In this document: piece after piece, positions 9,476 to 19,081 of the stretch
Layout: each line of letters starts with the position of its first letter
Numbering within the stretch: the first letter of the stretch is position 1
DNA from: Candidatus Avispirillum sp.
GTDB taxonomy: Bacteria; Bacillota; Clostridia; Oscillospirales; CAG-272
NCBI GenBank assembly: GCA_045638055.1
Contig: JAZUAR010000170.1
Span: forward strand, 1-39,774
DNA: 39,774 bases
Reading direction: 5' to 3'
Position numbers and translations under genes: made by a program
Notes under the pieces: model-generated
What the model was told of the DNA's origin: nothing
What the model saw: only the letters and a program-made list of their open reading frames with translations
The model's database searches: none

Positions 9476-10147
9476 CTATCCGAGTATATTATGAAGATCT
9501 GAGAGCTTTTCAATACGGTATGTGGGCATATCTGATTCGCCATCGGAGAGCCATACGGAATCTATACCGTAAGCCTTTGCTCCTGCGATATCAGACGTGA
9601 GTGAATCGCCGATAACAAGGTATTTGGATCTGTCGGGGTCTCCGATAAATTCAAGGACCTTTTCAAAGAACACGGGGGCAGGCTTTGCACAGCCCATTTC
9701 CTGGGAAATAAAGGAATGCTTTATATACTGACCGAGGGGAGTTCTTGCCATTCGGGACTTTTGAACCTCTGTTATACCGTTTGTTACGATATAGCAATCG
9801 TACCTCTCCGAAAGGCTTTTAAGGATATCCTCAGCACCGTCAATAAGCTGTCCCTGACAGGAAAGTCTGCCTGTATAAATATCCGCAGTTTCGGCGCCGT
9901 ATTTTTCGCCGTCAAGACCGAATTCGTTATACAGGTTTGCAAATCTGTCGATACGGAGCTTTTCTCTCGTGGTTTCTCCGCGCTCAAGCTTTTTCCATTC
10001 AAGATCGTTTATAATATGGTATCTTTTATGGACCTCCTCAGTAAACCCGAGAGGACTGAGGCTCAAGGTTTCCCTGAGAGCCTCTGCCTCCGCAAGGTCA
10101 AAATCGAGAAGAGTGTTATCTGCATCAAAAAGTAGATACTTGTACAT
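9476..10147 (-). CDS. HAD-superfamily hydrolase, YjjG family pyrimidine nucleotidase
   Basis: LLFDADNTLLDF motif I, TNG motif II, KP motif III, IGDSLTSDIAGA motif IV. Confidence 0.88.
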   Translation of the reverse strand: MYKYLLFDADNTLLDFDLAEAEALRETLSLSPLGFTEEVHKRYHIINDLEWKKLERGETTREKLRIDRFANLYNEFGLDGEKYGAETADIYTGRLSCQGQLIDGAEDILKSLSERYDCYIVTNGITEVQKSRMARTPLGQYIKHSFISQEMGCAKPAPVFFEKVLEFIGDPDRSKYLVIGDSLTSDIAGAKAYGIDSVWLSDGESDMPTYRIEKLSDLHNILG

Positions 10148-11373
10148 TAACCCTTGATAAATCTGTGGAAGGTCTTCTTACCCTTCTTGAGGATGATACC
10201 GTCCTCGCCGATATCGTCAGCATTTACAGATGCGCCGAAGCCCTCAGCCTTAACGTCTCCAACAAGAACGCCACCGCCTGTGATGATACGCTTAGCCTCA
10301 GCCTTGGAGGGAGCGAGCTTGGACTTAACGAGCATATCGGAAACAAGGATCTTGCCGTCTGTGAAGTCCTCTGCTGTAAGTGTTGTTGTGGGCATATCAG
10401 CGCTCATACCGCCTGCTGCAAATACTGTCTTTGCAGTCTCAAGTGCCTTATCTGCCTCTTCCTTACCGTGGATGATGTTTGTAACCTCCCATGCGAGACG
10501 CTCCTTTGCCTTATTGAGCTCTGCGCCCTCAAGCTTTTCATACTCTGCGATCTCGGAAACGGGCATAAATGTGAGCATCTTCATGCACTTAATAACGTCA
10601 GCATCGTCGATGTTTCTCCAGTACTGGAAGAAATCGTAGGGGGGAGTCTTCTTAGGATCGAGCCAAAGAGCGCCCTTCTCTGTCTTACCCATCTTCTTGC
10701 CTTCGCTTGTGAGAAGGAGGTTGAATGTAAGACCGTAAACTTCCTTACCTGTCTTTCTGCGAACAAGCTCTACGCCGCCGATGATGTTGGACCACTGGTC
10801 GTCGCCGCCTGTTTCGAGGATACAGCCGTAATCCTGATTAAGACGGAAGAAGTCGTAGGACTGCATGATCATATAGTTGAACTCAAGGAATGTAAGACCC
10901 TTCTCCATTCTGGACTTGTAGCACTCAGCTGCAAGCATACGGTTTACTGTGAAGTGGGGGCCTACCTCACGAAGGAAGTCGATGTAGTTGAGGTCGAGAA
11001 GCCAGTCGCCGTTGTTTACGAAGATAGCCTTTCCGTCGGATGTATCGATAAACTTACCCATCTGGATCTTGAAGTTATCGATATTGTGAGCGATCTCTTC
11101 CTTTGTGAGCATCTTTCTCATATCGTTCTTACCGGAGGGGTCGCCTACCATTGCAGTACCGCCACCGAAGATTGCGATGGGACGGTGTCCTGCCATCTGC
11201 ATGTGTGCCATAACCTTCATCTGGATGAAGTGGCCGATGTGAAGGCTGTCTGCTGTGGGGTCAAAACCGATATAGAATGTGATCTTCTGATTATCAAGCA
11301 GGTCGCGAACCTTTTCAGGGTCGGTTACCTGTGCAAGCATTCCTCTGTCGATAAATTCCTGGTACAAGCTCAT
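10147..11373 (-). CDS. tyrS: Tyrosine--tRNA ligase
   Basis: YIGFDPTADSLHIGH (HIGH), GGDDQWSNI, KMGKT (KMSKS-like), C-terminal S4 domain. Start placed at MSLYQE (11373); the ORF track extends it to 11412. Confidence 0.97.
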   Translation of the reverse strand: MSLYQEFIDRGMLAQVTDPEKVRDLLDNQKITFYIGFDPTADSLHIGHFIQMKVMAHMQMAGHRPIAIFGGGTAMVGDPSGKNDMRKMLTKEEIAHNIDNFKIQMGKFIDTSDGKAIFVNNGDWLLDLNYIDFLREVGPHFTVNRMLAAECYKSRMEKGLTFLEFNYMIMQSYDFFRLNQDYGCILETGGDDQWSNIIGGVELVRRKTGKEVYGLTFNLLLTSEGKKMGKTEKGALWLDPKKTPPYDFFQYWRNIDDADVIKCMKMLTFMPVSEIAEYEKLEGAELNKAKERLAWEVTNIIHGKEEADKALETAKTVFAAGGMSADMPTTTLTAEDFTDGKILVSDMLVKSKLAPSKAEAKRIITGGGVLVGDVKAEGFGASVNADDIGEDGIILKKGKKTFHRFIKG

Positions 11374-11426
11374 TTTTGTTTGTTGCGGCAATTCTGCCGC
11401 TCTCCTTTTCATTTATATGATAAATT

Positions 11427-13085
11427 TTAATTTCTTTTTAAAAGGTCACGGGCTGCAGAGTACTGCATCTCCGTAACGTTGATGCCGCCGATGATACGGG
11501 CAAGCTCTGCTACTCTTTCCTCACCGTCAAGAGTGTGGACTGAGCTTTCCATTCTGCCGTCCACCTCATTTTTCTCAATGAGGAAGTGGTTATCTGCATG
11601 TGCAGAAACCTGAGCGGAATGGGTCACGCATATGACCTGTATATTTTCGGAAAGTGCGCGAAGGCGCATACCGATTCTCTCGGCTGTGCCGCCTGACACT
11701 CCCGTATCGATCTCATCAAAGATTACTGTTGACTGCTGAGCCTTTGTAGTCTGCGCACACTTGAGTGCAAGCATGATTCTTGAAAGCTCACCGCCTGAGG
11801 CGATCTTATAAAGGGGCTGTGCCTCCTCGCCCGGATTTGTGATGACTGTAAAATCCACCTCATCAGTTCCTCGGGAATTAAACTTATCCTCTCCCTGCGC
11901 TTTTCTGACATCAACAAAGAAGCGGACCTTCGGCATATCAAGGCTTTTCAGTGTTGCCATGACCTCGCCTGCAAGTCTTTCTCCTGCCTCAAGGCGCTTT
12001 TTCGAAATGATCTCTGCTGCCGCAGAGGCCTTCTTTGCTATCTCTCTGTACTCAAGACGGAGCTCCTCCATACGGTCCTCGCCACCCTCAAGATCGCGAA
12101 GACGACGCTTTGCATCATCTCTGAACGCTATAACGTCCTCGAGAGTTACACCATATTTCTTTTTAAGCCTTGAGAACTGAGCAAGGCGGGATTCGATAAT
12201 ATCGAGCTGCTTTTCGGGATCGCCAATGTCATCGCCGTCTATAACGTCGCGTGCCTGCTCTGCAATATCGATAAGCTCATATTTATATTCCGTCAGCTTC
12301 TGGGCAAGCTCCTCAGCATTATCCATTACGTCGGAAAGCTGACGAAGGGCCTGCGCTGCGCGGTCTATAAGATATACGGCGCTGGCACCCTTTTCTCCCG
12401 GGGCAAGTGCGCGGTATACTAAATTTGCATTCTTTGTTATCTGCTCGAGGCTTTTGATCTTTGTTCTCAGCTTCTCAAGCTTTTCTTCCTCGTTAGGATC
12501 CTGTATCCTTGCCTTATCTATCTCAGATATCTGATATTTCAGAATATCCGTCATCATAGACCTGTCATCAAGAGAGCGCTCAAGATCAGCGATCTCGTTT
12601 TTCTTTGCAACAAGCTTTGAATATATCTCGCCGTATACTTCAACGTCTTGGGCAGCATCAGCATATTCATCAAGAAGGATGATATGCTCGCCTCTGTCGT
12701 AAAGGGAAACCGTATCGTTCTGTCCGTGGAGGGCGAGAAGCTTTACTGCCGTTTCCTTCATAACTGCAAGGGATACGCTTTTTGAATTGATCTTTGCTGT
12801 GCTTCTGCCGTCCTGAGAGATAGTTCTTTCAACGGTAAGCTCACCGTTTTCATCAAAGCCGCCCTCTCCGGGAGTGCCGTCGAATACGGCACACACTGTG
12901 GCTGACTTTTCTCCCTGACGGATAAGGTCTCTCTGACCCTTGGCACCGAGAAGAAGGGCTATACTGTCTATAATAACAGATTTGCCCGCACCCGTTTTAC
13001 CTGTCATAACAGTAAATCCGTTAAAAAACTCGATATTCAGATTTTTGGCAACGGCAATATTCTGTATTGACAATGCTTTAAGCAT
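11427..13085 (-). CDS. recN: DNA repair protein RecN
   Basis: Walker A TGKTGAGKS, long coiled coil, ASGGELSRIMLALK signature, FDEIDTGVSG, QVICVTH. Confidence 0.96.
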   Translation of the reverse strand: MLKALSIQNIAVAKNLNIEFFNGFTVMTGKTGAGKSVIIDSIALLLGAKGQRDLIRQGEKSATVCAVFDGTPGEGGFDENGELTVERTISQDGRSTAKINSKSVSLAVMKETAVKLLALHGQNDTVSLYDRGEHIILLDEYADAAQDVEVYGEIYSKLVAKKNEIADLERSLDDRSMMTDILKYQISEIDKARIQDPNEEEKLEKLRTKIKSLEQITKNANLVYRALAPGEKGASAVYLIDRAAQALRQLSDVMDNAEELAQKLTEYKYELIDIAEQARDVIDGDDIGDPEKQLDIIESRLAQFSRLKKKYGVTLEDVIAFRDDAKRRLRDLEGGEDRMEELRLEYREIAKKASAAAEIISKKRLEAGERLAGEVMATLKSLDMPKVRFFVDVRKAQGEDKFNSRGTDEVDFTVITNPGEEAQPLYKIASGGELSRIMLALKCAQTTKAQQSTVIFDEIDTGVSGGTAERIGMRLRALSENIQVICVTHSAQVSAHADNHFLIEKNEVDGRMESSVHTLDGEERVAELARIIGGINVTEMQYSAARDLLKRN

Positions 13086-13110
13086 ACAGGCACCTCTCTT
13101 TCTCTTGAAT

Positions 13111-13563
13111 TTATGCTTCTATTATCTTTCTTATTTCTCTTTTCGCATTATTTGCGTTTTCTACGGAATCGATGGCAACGAAGATAGTATCATCGCCCGC
13201 GATACAACCCACAACTCCGTCGATGGTGTGGGAATCAAGTCCCGCCGCAACGGCAGGCGCCATTCCGGGATAGGTTCTTATAACTACGATATTCATCGCG
13301 CATTCAACGCTGATAACGGATGCAGAGATCGTTGAAAACACGTGACGGGTGCTGAGAGCCTTCTTAACTCCGGGAAGAACGTATTTATATTTGCCGTTTT
13401 CTCCCGTTACCTTAGTCAGCTTCAATTCTCTGATATCTCTTGAAACTGTAGCCTGAGTTACGTTGAAGCCCTCGCTTCGGAGCATATCTATAAGCTCCTC
13501 CTGAGTTTCTACGTCGTTGTTTTCTATAATACTGAGAATAACGTTCTGTCTACTGCTTTTCAT
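13111..13563 (-). CDS. argR: Arginine repressor
   Basis: TQEEL...VTQATVSRDIREL winged HTH; GCIAGDDTIF arginine-binding motif. Confidence 0.96.
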   Translation of the reverse strand: MKSSRQNVILSIIENNDVETQEELIDMLRSEGFNVTQATVSRDIRELKLTKVTGENGKYKYVLPGVKKALSTRHVFSTISASVISVECAMNIVVIRTYPGMAPAVAAGLDSHTIDGVVGCIAGDDTIFVAIDSVENANNAKREIRKIIEA

Positions 13564-13576
13564 TTTTACTCCAATT

Positions 13577-14410
13577 TTAATGATAAGATAGCTTGGAATT
13601 AAGCACTTCTATGAAACTGTTATTTTTTTGTGAAACTATTAATGCCGTATACTTGCTTTTGGCAATGCGCACCACGTCGCCCGAGCCTATCTCGAATACC
13701 TCCTTGCCGTCAACGGAAAGGTAGATATCGTTATTGCGGCACCTTGCGTTTTTAATTTCAAGAACGGAATCCCCTCCGAAAATAACGGGGCGGGAATTAA
13801 GGTGATGGGGGCAGATAGGTGTTGCGCAAAGGCAGCTGAGGGAGGGATCCACTATCGGTCCTCCTGCTGACATTGAATATGCGCTGGAGCCTGTGGGGGT
13901 TGCAACGATTATTCCGTCAGCGCGGATATGCTGACAAAGGTTTCCGTCACAGTAGAGATCAAACTCTACAAGGTGAGGGATAGGTCCGTTTGATATAACC
14001 GCCTCGTTCAGCGCACGGCTCAGAGAGCGTACTGTTTTGTCCTCGCGGATGACGTCAACGTCAAGCATCATTCTTCTCTGAACCGTATGCTTTCCGTTGA
14101 GGATCTCTCTCAGCCCGTCCAGCTCATCGCCGCCGAGAGCCGCCATATAGCCTATATTACCAAAATTTATTCCAACGATGGGAACGCCTATCTCCATAGT
14201 TGCGCGGGCAACCTGGATTATAGAGCCGTCGCCGCCGAGGACTACAAGATAGTCGGCATCGGAAAGCTTCTGTGCTTCGGCTGCGCTTTCGGGAATTGCA
14301 GAAATTCGTCCGTCATATCCCCATGACAGAATATTTTTGCAAATGCCTTCAGCCGCTTCAAGAGCCTTTGGCTTTTCCTTATTCGGCAATACGTAAACGA
14401 TCTTCGTCAT
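13577..14410 (-). CDS. nadK: NAD(+) kinase
   Basis: LGGDGS, ALNE, DGIIVATPTGSSAYSMSAGGPI motifs. Confidence 0.95.
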   Translation of the reverse strand: MTKIVYVLPNKEKPKALEAAEGICKNILSWGYDGRISAIPESAAEAQKLSDADYLVVLGGDGSIIQVARATMEIGVPIVGINFGNIGYMAALGGDELDGLREILNGKHTVQRRMMLDVDVIREDKTVRSLSRALNEAVISNGPIPHLVEFDLYCDGNLCQHIRADGIIVATPTGSSAYSMSAGGPIVDPSLSCLCATPICPHHLNSRPVIFGGDSVLEIKNARCRNNDIYLSVDGKEVFEIGSGDVVRIAKSKYTALIVSQKNNSFIEVLNSKLSYH

Positions 14411-15180
14411 ATGCCAACTACCTCCTTTATCTCAGAGTCGCCTACCGTATTCTCTTTTCCGAGAATACAGTACATAAGAAATTCGCAATTTCCGTCGCCG
14501 CCCTGAATGGGAGACTTGATAAGACCCTGGCAGCCGAGACCGCAGGATGCGGCGCAGTCTATCACCTTTTTGACAGACTCTGCCATTATCTTTTTGCTTT
14601 TAACTATGCCGCCCTTACCGAGGCCCGATTTTCCACATTCAAACTGAGGCTTGATGAGGCTGACGTAAAGTCCACCCTCTGAAAGCACGTTTTTTGCGGC
14701 AGGTATTATAAGAGTCTGTGAGATAAAGGAAACGTCAGTTACCGCAATATCGCACTTTTCTCCAAGGTCCTCTACGGACAGGTTTCTTGCGTTATAGTTT
14801 TCTATGTTTATAACTCTCGGGTCATTACAAAGGCTGCTGTCAAGCTGACCGTATCCAGAATCAACGGCATATACCTTTTTTGCCCCTCTCTTAAGAAGGC
14901 AATCTGTAAAGCCGCCGCTGGATGCGCCGATATCAACGCAGGTCATGCCTATAACGTCAAGGGAAAATGCGTTGAGAGCGCCCTCAAGCTTTACGCCGCC
15001 ACGGCTGACAAAGCTGTAAGGGGAGCCTGTTACCTCAACAGTATCGCCCTCTGTCACGTCAAAGGAGGCTTTCTTTATAACCTTTCCGTTAACTGTGACA
15101 AAGCCCTCGTCCAGGAGAGTTTTTGCAAAGCTTCGGCTTTTTGCAAGACCGTTCTCTGCAAGAAATGTATCTATTCTCAT
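14407..15180 (-). CDS. tlyA: TlyA family rRNA 2'-O-methyltransferase
   Basis: N-terminal S4 domain, FVSRGGVKL, DIGASSGGFTD, DVSFIS, LIKPQFE, SPIQGGDGNCEFL. Confidence 0.95.
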   Translation of the reverse strand: MRIDTFLAENGLAKSRSFAKTLLDEGFVTVNGKVIKKASFDVTEGDTVEVTGSPYSFVSRGGVKLEGALNAFSLDVIGMTCVDIGASSGGFTDCLLKRGAKKVYAVDSGYGQLDSSLCNDPRVINIENYNARNLSVEDLGEKCDIAVTDVSFISQTLIIPAAKNVLSEGGLYVSLIKPQFECGKSGLGKGGIVKSKKIMAESVKKVIDCAASCGLGCQGLIKSPIQGGDGNCEFLMYCILGKENTVGDSEIKEVVGI

Positions 15181-16055
15181 TTTGTTCTTGTAAGAAGATA
15201 TAAGGGAAGCTTACAAACGATATCGCTGTTCTCCATATCGGCAAAGATCTCTGCCGCGTGACAGCTGAGGCGATTTGCCTCATTATCCGCTTCTTCTTCT
15301 GTCATATAGGAAAGAACAGTTTTCTTTCCGTTCTTTTCATCACTGCCTACGGGCTTACCAAGCTCCTCTGTTGTGCTTCTCACGTCGAGAAGATCATCCT
15401 CGATCTGGAAAGCAAGTCCGAGGGAGAATGCATAATCGCCGATCTTTTTAGCAACGTCCTCGCTGTACTCCATGGGAGATGCAATATAGCCGAGAGTTGC
15501 AGCCGCGCGGATAAGCTCGCCTGTTTTAAGGTTGTGAAGCTTTTTGAGAGAAGGATAATCGGGGCAATCGTGAAGAAGATCAAGCTCCTGACCGCCGCAC
15601 ATTCCTGCAGCGCCTGCACACTTTGCAAGAGTGCGAACTGCAAGAGCATTCTTCTGAGCACTGAGGGGAGCAGATGCACACACCTCAAATGCATATGTGA
15701 GAAGCGCATCTCCCGCAAGGAGAGCGCAGGATTCGCCGAATGCCTTATGGCAGGAGGGCTTTCCTCTTCTCATATCGTCGTTGTCCATTGAAGGAAGATC
15801 GTCATGAACAAGAGAATAAGCATGAACCATCTCGATTGCAGATGCATAGTATGCTGCATCTGCCTCGCCACCGCCGAAAAGACGGCAGAATTCGATTGCA
15901 AGAAATGCTCTGATTCGCTTGCCGCCACCAAGGGTTGCATAGCGCATAGCCTCTGCCATATTACCGCCGTTAAGGCTGTCCTTATTGAGAAGCTTATCAA
16001 GCGTGTTTTCTATATAATCCGCATCGCGGACAAGTCTTTCTTTAAGCTCTGTCAT
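15177..16055 (-). CDS. ispA: Geranyltranstransferase / farnesyl diphosphate synthase
   Basis: GGKRIR, HAYSLVHDDLPSMDNDDMRRGKPSCH (first Asp-rich motif), FQIEDDLLD (second motif). Confidence 0.93.
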   Translation of the reverse strand: MTELKERLVRDADYIENTLDKLLNKDSLNGGNMAEAMRYATLGGGKRIRAFLAIEFCRLFGGGEADAAYYASAIEMVHAYSLVHDDLPSMDNDDMRRGKPSCHKAFGESCALLAGDALLTYAFEVCASAPLSAQKNALAVRTLAKCAGAAGMCGGQELDLLHDCPDYPSLKKLHNLKTGELIRAAATLGYIASPMEYSEDVAKKIGDYAFSLGLAFQIEDDLLDVRSTTEELGKPVGSDEKNGKKTVLSYMTEEEADNEANRLSCHAAEIFADMENSDIVCKLPLYLLTRTK

Positions 16056-16056
16056 T

Positions 16057-16275
16057 TCAGTTACCCTCCGCTATTTCAAGAGAACTAAGCATTGTCACCT
16101 TCTGCTGCGCGCTGTCCAGTCTTGAGTTGCAAACCTTTACGAGAGCAACCGCCTCCTCGTAAAGCTCAAGAGACTGATCGAGAGGAGACTGTCCTCCCTC
16201 AAGCATTCTGACTATTTCCTCGAGGCGCTTGAGCGCATCCTCGAATTTCATTTCCTGAATAGTATCTTTATCCAT
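16057..16275 (-). CDS. xseB: Exodeoxyribonuclease VII small subunit
   Basis: FEDALKRLEEIVRMLEGGQSPLDQSLELYEEAV; GAGGT RBS supports the start at 16275. Confidence 0.95.
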   Translation of the reverse strand: MDKDTIQEMKFEDALKRLEEIVRMLEGGQSPLDQSLELYEEAVALVKVCNSRLDSAQQKVTMLSSLEIAEGN

Positions 16276-17491
16276 TGTTAACCTCTTCGACAACTGCAGA
16301 AACTGTGCCGTCGGACAGCTTTAAGGCAATTGTCTCACCGATTTTAGTATCATTTACGCTCTTGATGACCCTTCCCTCCTTGTCGAACACCGCAGAGTAG
16401 CCGCGGGTCAAAACTGCAAGAGGATTCAGCGCGTTAAGGGCCGCCGCAGTACGGGCAAGGAGCGCTTTTTTTCGTTCGATTATATTGTTTTCACAGTACT
16501 CAAGTCTTTCAAAGAGAGAATCCACAGTCATTCTTCTGTCCTCAATGGTATTCATAGGGGAAACGAGAGGACGGGATTTCTCAAGTCGGGAAAGATGGTC
16601 TCTGAGATACTCGAATTTCTTTTTAAGAATCGCGCTCTCGCGGGAAATTATATTATTGAATTTCTGCTTGAGCTCGAATATATCGGGCACTGCGATCTCT
16701 GCCGCCGCACTGGGGGTTGGTGCTCTTCTGTCTGCAACGAAATCGCAGATCGTGAAGTCTGTTTCGTGACCGACAGCCGATATTACGGGAATTGCGGATG
16801 CTGCAACAGCGCGGGCAACTACCTCGCTGTTAAACGCCCACAGATCTTCAATAGATCCGCCGCCTCTGCCTACTATAAGCACGTCGGCAAGGCTTTTTCT
16901 GTTAAAAAATTCAATTCCAGCAGCAACGCTTGCAACTGCTCCCTCTCCCTGCACGAGCGCAGGATATACGATTACCTCAGCATATGGGAAGCGACGCTTA
17001 CAAACGTTTATGATGTCCCTTACAGCCGCTCCCGTGGGTGACGTTACAACACCTACCCTTGAGGGGATCTTCGGCAAGGGCTTTTTTCTTGATTCTGCAA
17101 AAAGTCCCTCAGCCTCAAGCTTCTTTTTCAACTGCTCGAAGGCAATATAAAGGGATCCCACACCGTCGGGCTCCATATCATCGCAATAAAGCTGATATGC
17201 GCCGTCGCGAACAAAGGAGGATATCCTTCCGTGGGCGGTGACCTTCATTCCGTTTTCAGGTCGGAATCCAAGACCCATTGCGCTCGCGCGAAACATCACG
17301 CATTTCAGCGCACTTCCCTCGTCCTTGAGTGTAAAATACAAGTGTCCCGAGGAATGAGCCTTGAAGTTTGAGATCTCGCCCTTGATGAAAATATCAGTAA
17401 GGGGCGGGTTCAGATCAAGAAGATCCTTAATATACTGGTTTAACTCCGTTACGGACAGCGCCGACGGAAAACGCATAGAGCTGATATCCAT
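16268..17491 (-). CDS. xseA: Exodeoxyribonuclease VII large subunit
   Basis: GEISNFKAHSSGHLYFTLKD, RGGGSIEDLWAFN, SAVGHETDFTICDFVADRRAPTPSAAAE. Confidence 0.97.
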   Translation of the reverse strand: MDISSMRFPSALSVTELNQYIKDLLDLNPPLTDIFIKGEISNFKAHSSGHLYFTLKDEGSALKCVMFRASAMGLGFRPENGMKVTAHGRISSFVRDGAYQLYCDDMEPDGVGSLYIAFEQLKKKLEAEGLFAESRKKPLPKIPSRVGVVTSPTGAAVRDIINVCKRRFPYAEVIVYPALVQGEGAVASVAAGIEFFNRKSLADVLIVGRGGGSIEDLWAFNSEVVARAVAASAIPVISAVGHETDFTICDFVADRRAPTPSAAAEIAVPDIFELKQKFNNIISRESAILKKKFEYLRDHLSRLEKSRPLVSPMNTIEDRRMTVDSLFERLEYCENNIIERKKALLARTAAALNALNPLAVLTRGYSAVFDKEGRVIKSVNDTKIGETIALKLSDGTVSAVVEEVNNG

Positions 17492-17505
17492 GGGCGCCTC
17501 CTTTT

Positions 17506-18453
17506 TTATATTTCGTTAAAGTACGTGCTTCTTGCAAGAAGCGCAATTCCCGCAGCATTATCTGCAGAAAAGGCAGGAAGTGCAAAGGAGCCGTATTTTG
17601 AAAGCTCTTTTTTAATAACCGAGCAGCTCATTACGCCGCCTGCATATACGATGGGAATATCCTTATATTCCTCGCGGAGGTTTTCGGTAAGCTTTGCGAG
17701 AGTTCTCTTTACAAACTCGATAACGAAAGCCGCAACCTCTTCCTTGGGCGCGCCGCTGTCATACATAGCCGAAGCCTTATTCTCAAGTCCCGAAAGATTG
17801 CAGGTAAGACCCTTTACGCATATCTTTTCTCTGCGAGGCTTGCCGCTATAAGAAAGGCAGAGCTTTTCAAGATGGGCGCCTGCAGGAAAAGGAAGTCCCA
17901 TATAAACTCCCGCGCGGTCAATTGCCTGTCCCGCATTAATATCGAGAGTTCCGCCTATTCTTTCCACAACAAAAGGGCGCTCTCCCGCACCGGGGGTGCA
18001 AAGGAGGATGTCCGTAGTACCGCCCGAAACGTGGAATGCCGCAAAGGGCTTGCCTATAAGATGGAGAGACTCCGAGGAATAAAGTGCTGCCATAATATGT
18101 CCGCACTGATGGGAAAAGGAATACTGCTTTGCTCCCGAGCCGAGAACTACTCCGCCTGCGGCGGACATTCCCGAAAGAAAGCAAGGCATATAGGAGCCCT
18201 CTCTGTCGGTAGGACGGGAGGAAACGCCGATTGCCAGTATTTCCCTTCCTTCAACGTACTTTCTTGCCTCCTCCATAAGAGGGGGGAGCTGCACGGTATG
18301 ATGGAATACCGCATCGCTCTGTCTGAGTCCTCTTTCTCCCTCCTTTACGGGAAGGAGCTTTTTCAGGTTTGCAAGAACCTTTCCTTCAGCATCGCATACG
18401 GCAACGGACGTTGTATAATTACTGGTATCTATTCCCAGAAATACGCCTTGCAA
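17506..18453 (-). CDS. TsaD/Kae1-like (peptidase M22 family) protein
   Basis: LGIDTSNYTTS, HQCGH metal motif, HVSGGTT, DINAGQAIDR, GGV, DNAAGIA. Probable TTG start at 18453 directly after the nusB stop; the ORF-track start at 18558 overlaps nusB. Confidence 0.85.
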   Translation of the reverse strand: MQGVFLGIDTSNYTTSVAVCDAEGKVLANLKKLLPVKEGERGLRQSDAVFHHTVQLPPLMEEARKYVEGREILAIGVSSRPTDREGSYMPCFLSGMSAAGGVVLGSGAKQYSFSHQCGHIMAALYSSESLHLIGKPFAAFHVSGGTTDILLCTPGAGERPFVVERIGGTLDINAGQAIDRAGVYMGLPFPAGAHLEKLCLSYSGKPRREKICVKGLTCNLSGLENKASAMYDSGAPKEEVAAFVIEFVKRTLAKLTENLREEYKDIPIVYAGGVMSCSVIKKELSKYGSFALPAFSADNAAGIALLARSTYFNEI

Positions 18454-18454
18454 A

Positions 18455-18868
18455 TTACTCACCGTCGGAAATCTTGCCCGCAGCTCTTGCGATCTTATTG
18501 AGAATACCGTTGATGAATCTGGGAGCCTTGCCCTCATCGTATACCTTTGCGATCTCAACTGCCTCGTTGATGCAAGCCTTGGGGGGAACGTCTGTATAAA
18601 GCATCTCGCCCACTGCCATTCTGAGGATAGCCTTTGTTACGGCTGACATTCTGGAAAGCTTCCAGTTTTCAGTTGACTCGCTGATAGTCTTATCAATTTC
18701 GGGAAGGTTTACTGCGCAAAGAGCAAAAAGGGACTTTGCGAAATCGCTGCCCTTCGCATCTCTTGCCTCAAGAGAGCGGTCATACACCTCGAGAGGATCG
18801 ATCTCAAGATGGAAGTCTGTTTCGTACAAAAGCTCAAAAACGCAGATTCTGCTTTCTCTTCTGGTCAT
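18455..18868 (-). CDS. nusB: Transcription antitermination factor NusB
   Basis: MTRRESR, WKLSRM..V.KAILR, INEAVEIAKVY, FINGIL; GGAG RBS before the ATG at 18868. Confidence 0.95.
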   Translation of the reverse strand: MTRRESRICVFELLYETDFHLEIDPLEVYDRSLEARDAKGSDFAKSLFALCAVNLPEIDKTISESTENWKLSRMSAVTKAILRMAVGEMLYTDVPPKACINEAVEIAKVYDEGKAPRFINGILNKIARAAGKISDGE

Positions 18869-18927
18869 AATTGTCTCCATAGTATTAATTTTATGGGCGC
18901 ACTGACCCATATTGATACTTATTTTAC

Positions 18928-18956
18928 ATTATATCAAAATACCCCCTATATGTCAA
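18928..18956 (-). promoter_or_regulatory. Consensus sigmaA promoter heading the nusB gene run
   Basis: TTGACA-N17-TATAAT with extended -10 TG. Confidence 0.9.
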
Positions 18957-19024
18957 TGAATATTGACCATAAATATGCATACTTTTATTCATTTTCTTTA
19001 GTTTAATAAAGTTATGAAATAGCC

Positions 19025-19053
19025 TTGAAATAATGGAGATTTAGTGGTATTAT
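19025..19053 (+). promoter_or_regulatory. sigmaA promoter of the divergent membrane protein gene
   Basis: TTGAAA-N17-TATTAT with extended -10 TG. Confidence 0.7.
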
Positions 19054-19081
19054 AGATATGCATTTTAATTTGAGGTGTATT

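Noticed and set aside
10165-11430. 421-aa plus-strand ORF almost exactly antisense to tyrS
   Set aside because: Expected shadow ORF: highly expressed genes here avoid TTA, CTA and TCA codons, so the antisense frame lacks stops; no RBS or recognisable motifs.
18892-18911. TATGGG-N8-CCCATA hairpin in the nusB leader
   Set aside because: A 6-bp stem is too short to distinguish from chance without conservation data.
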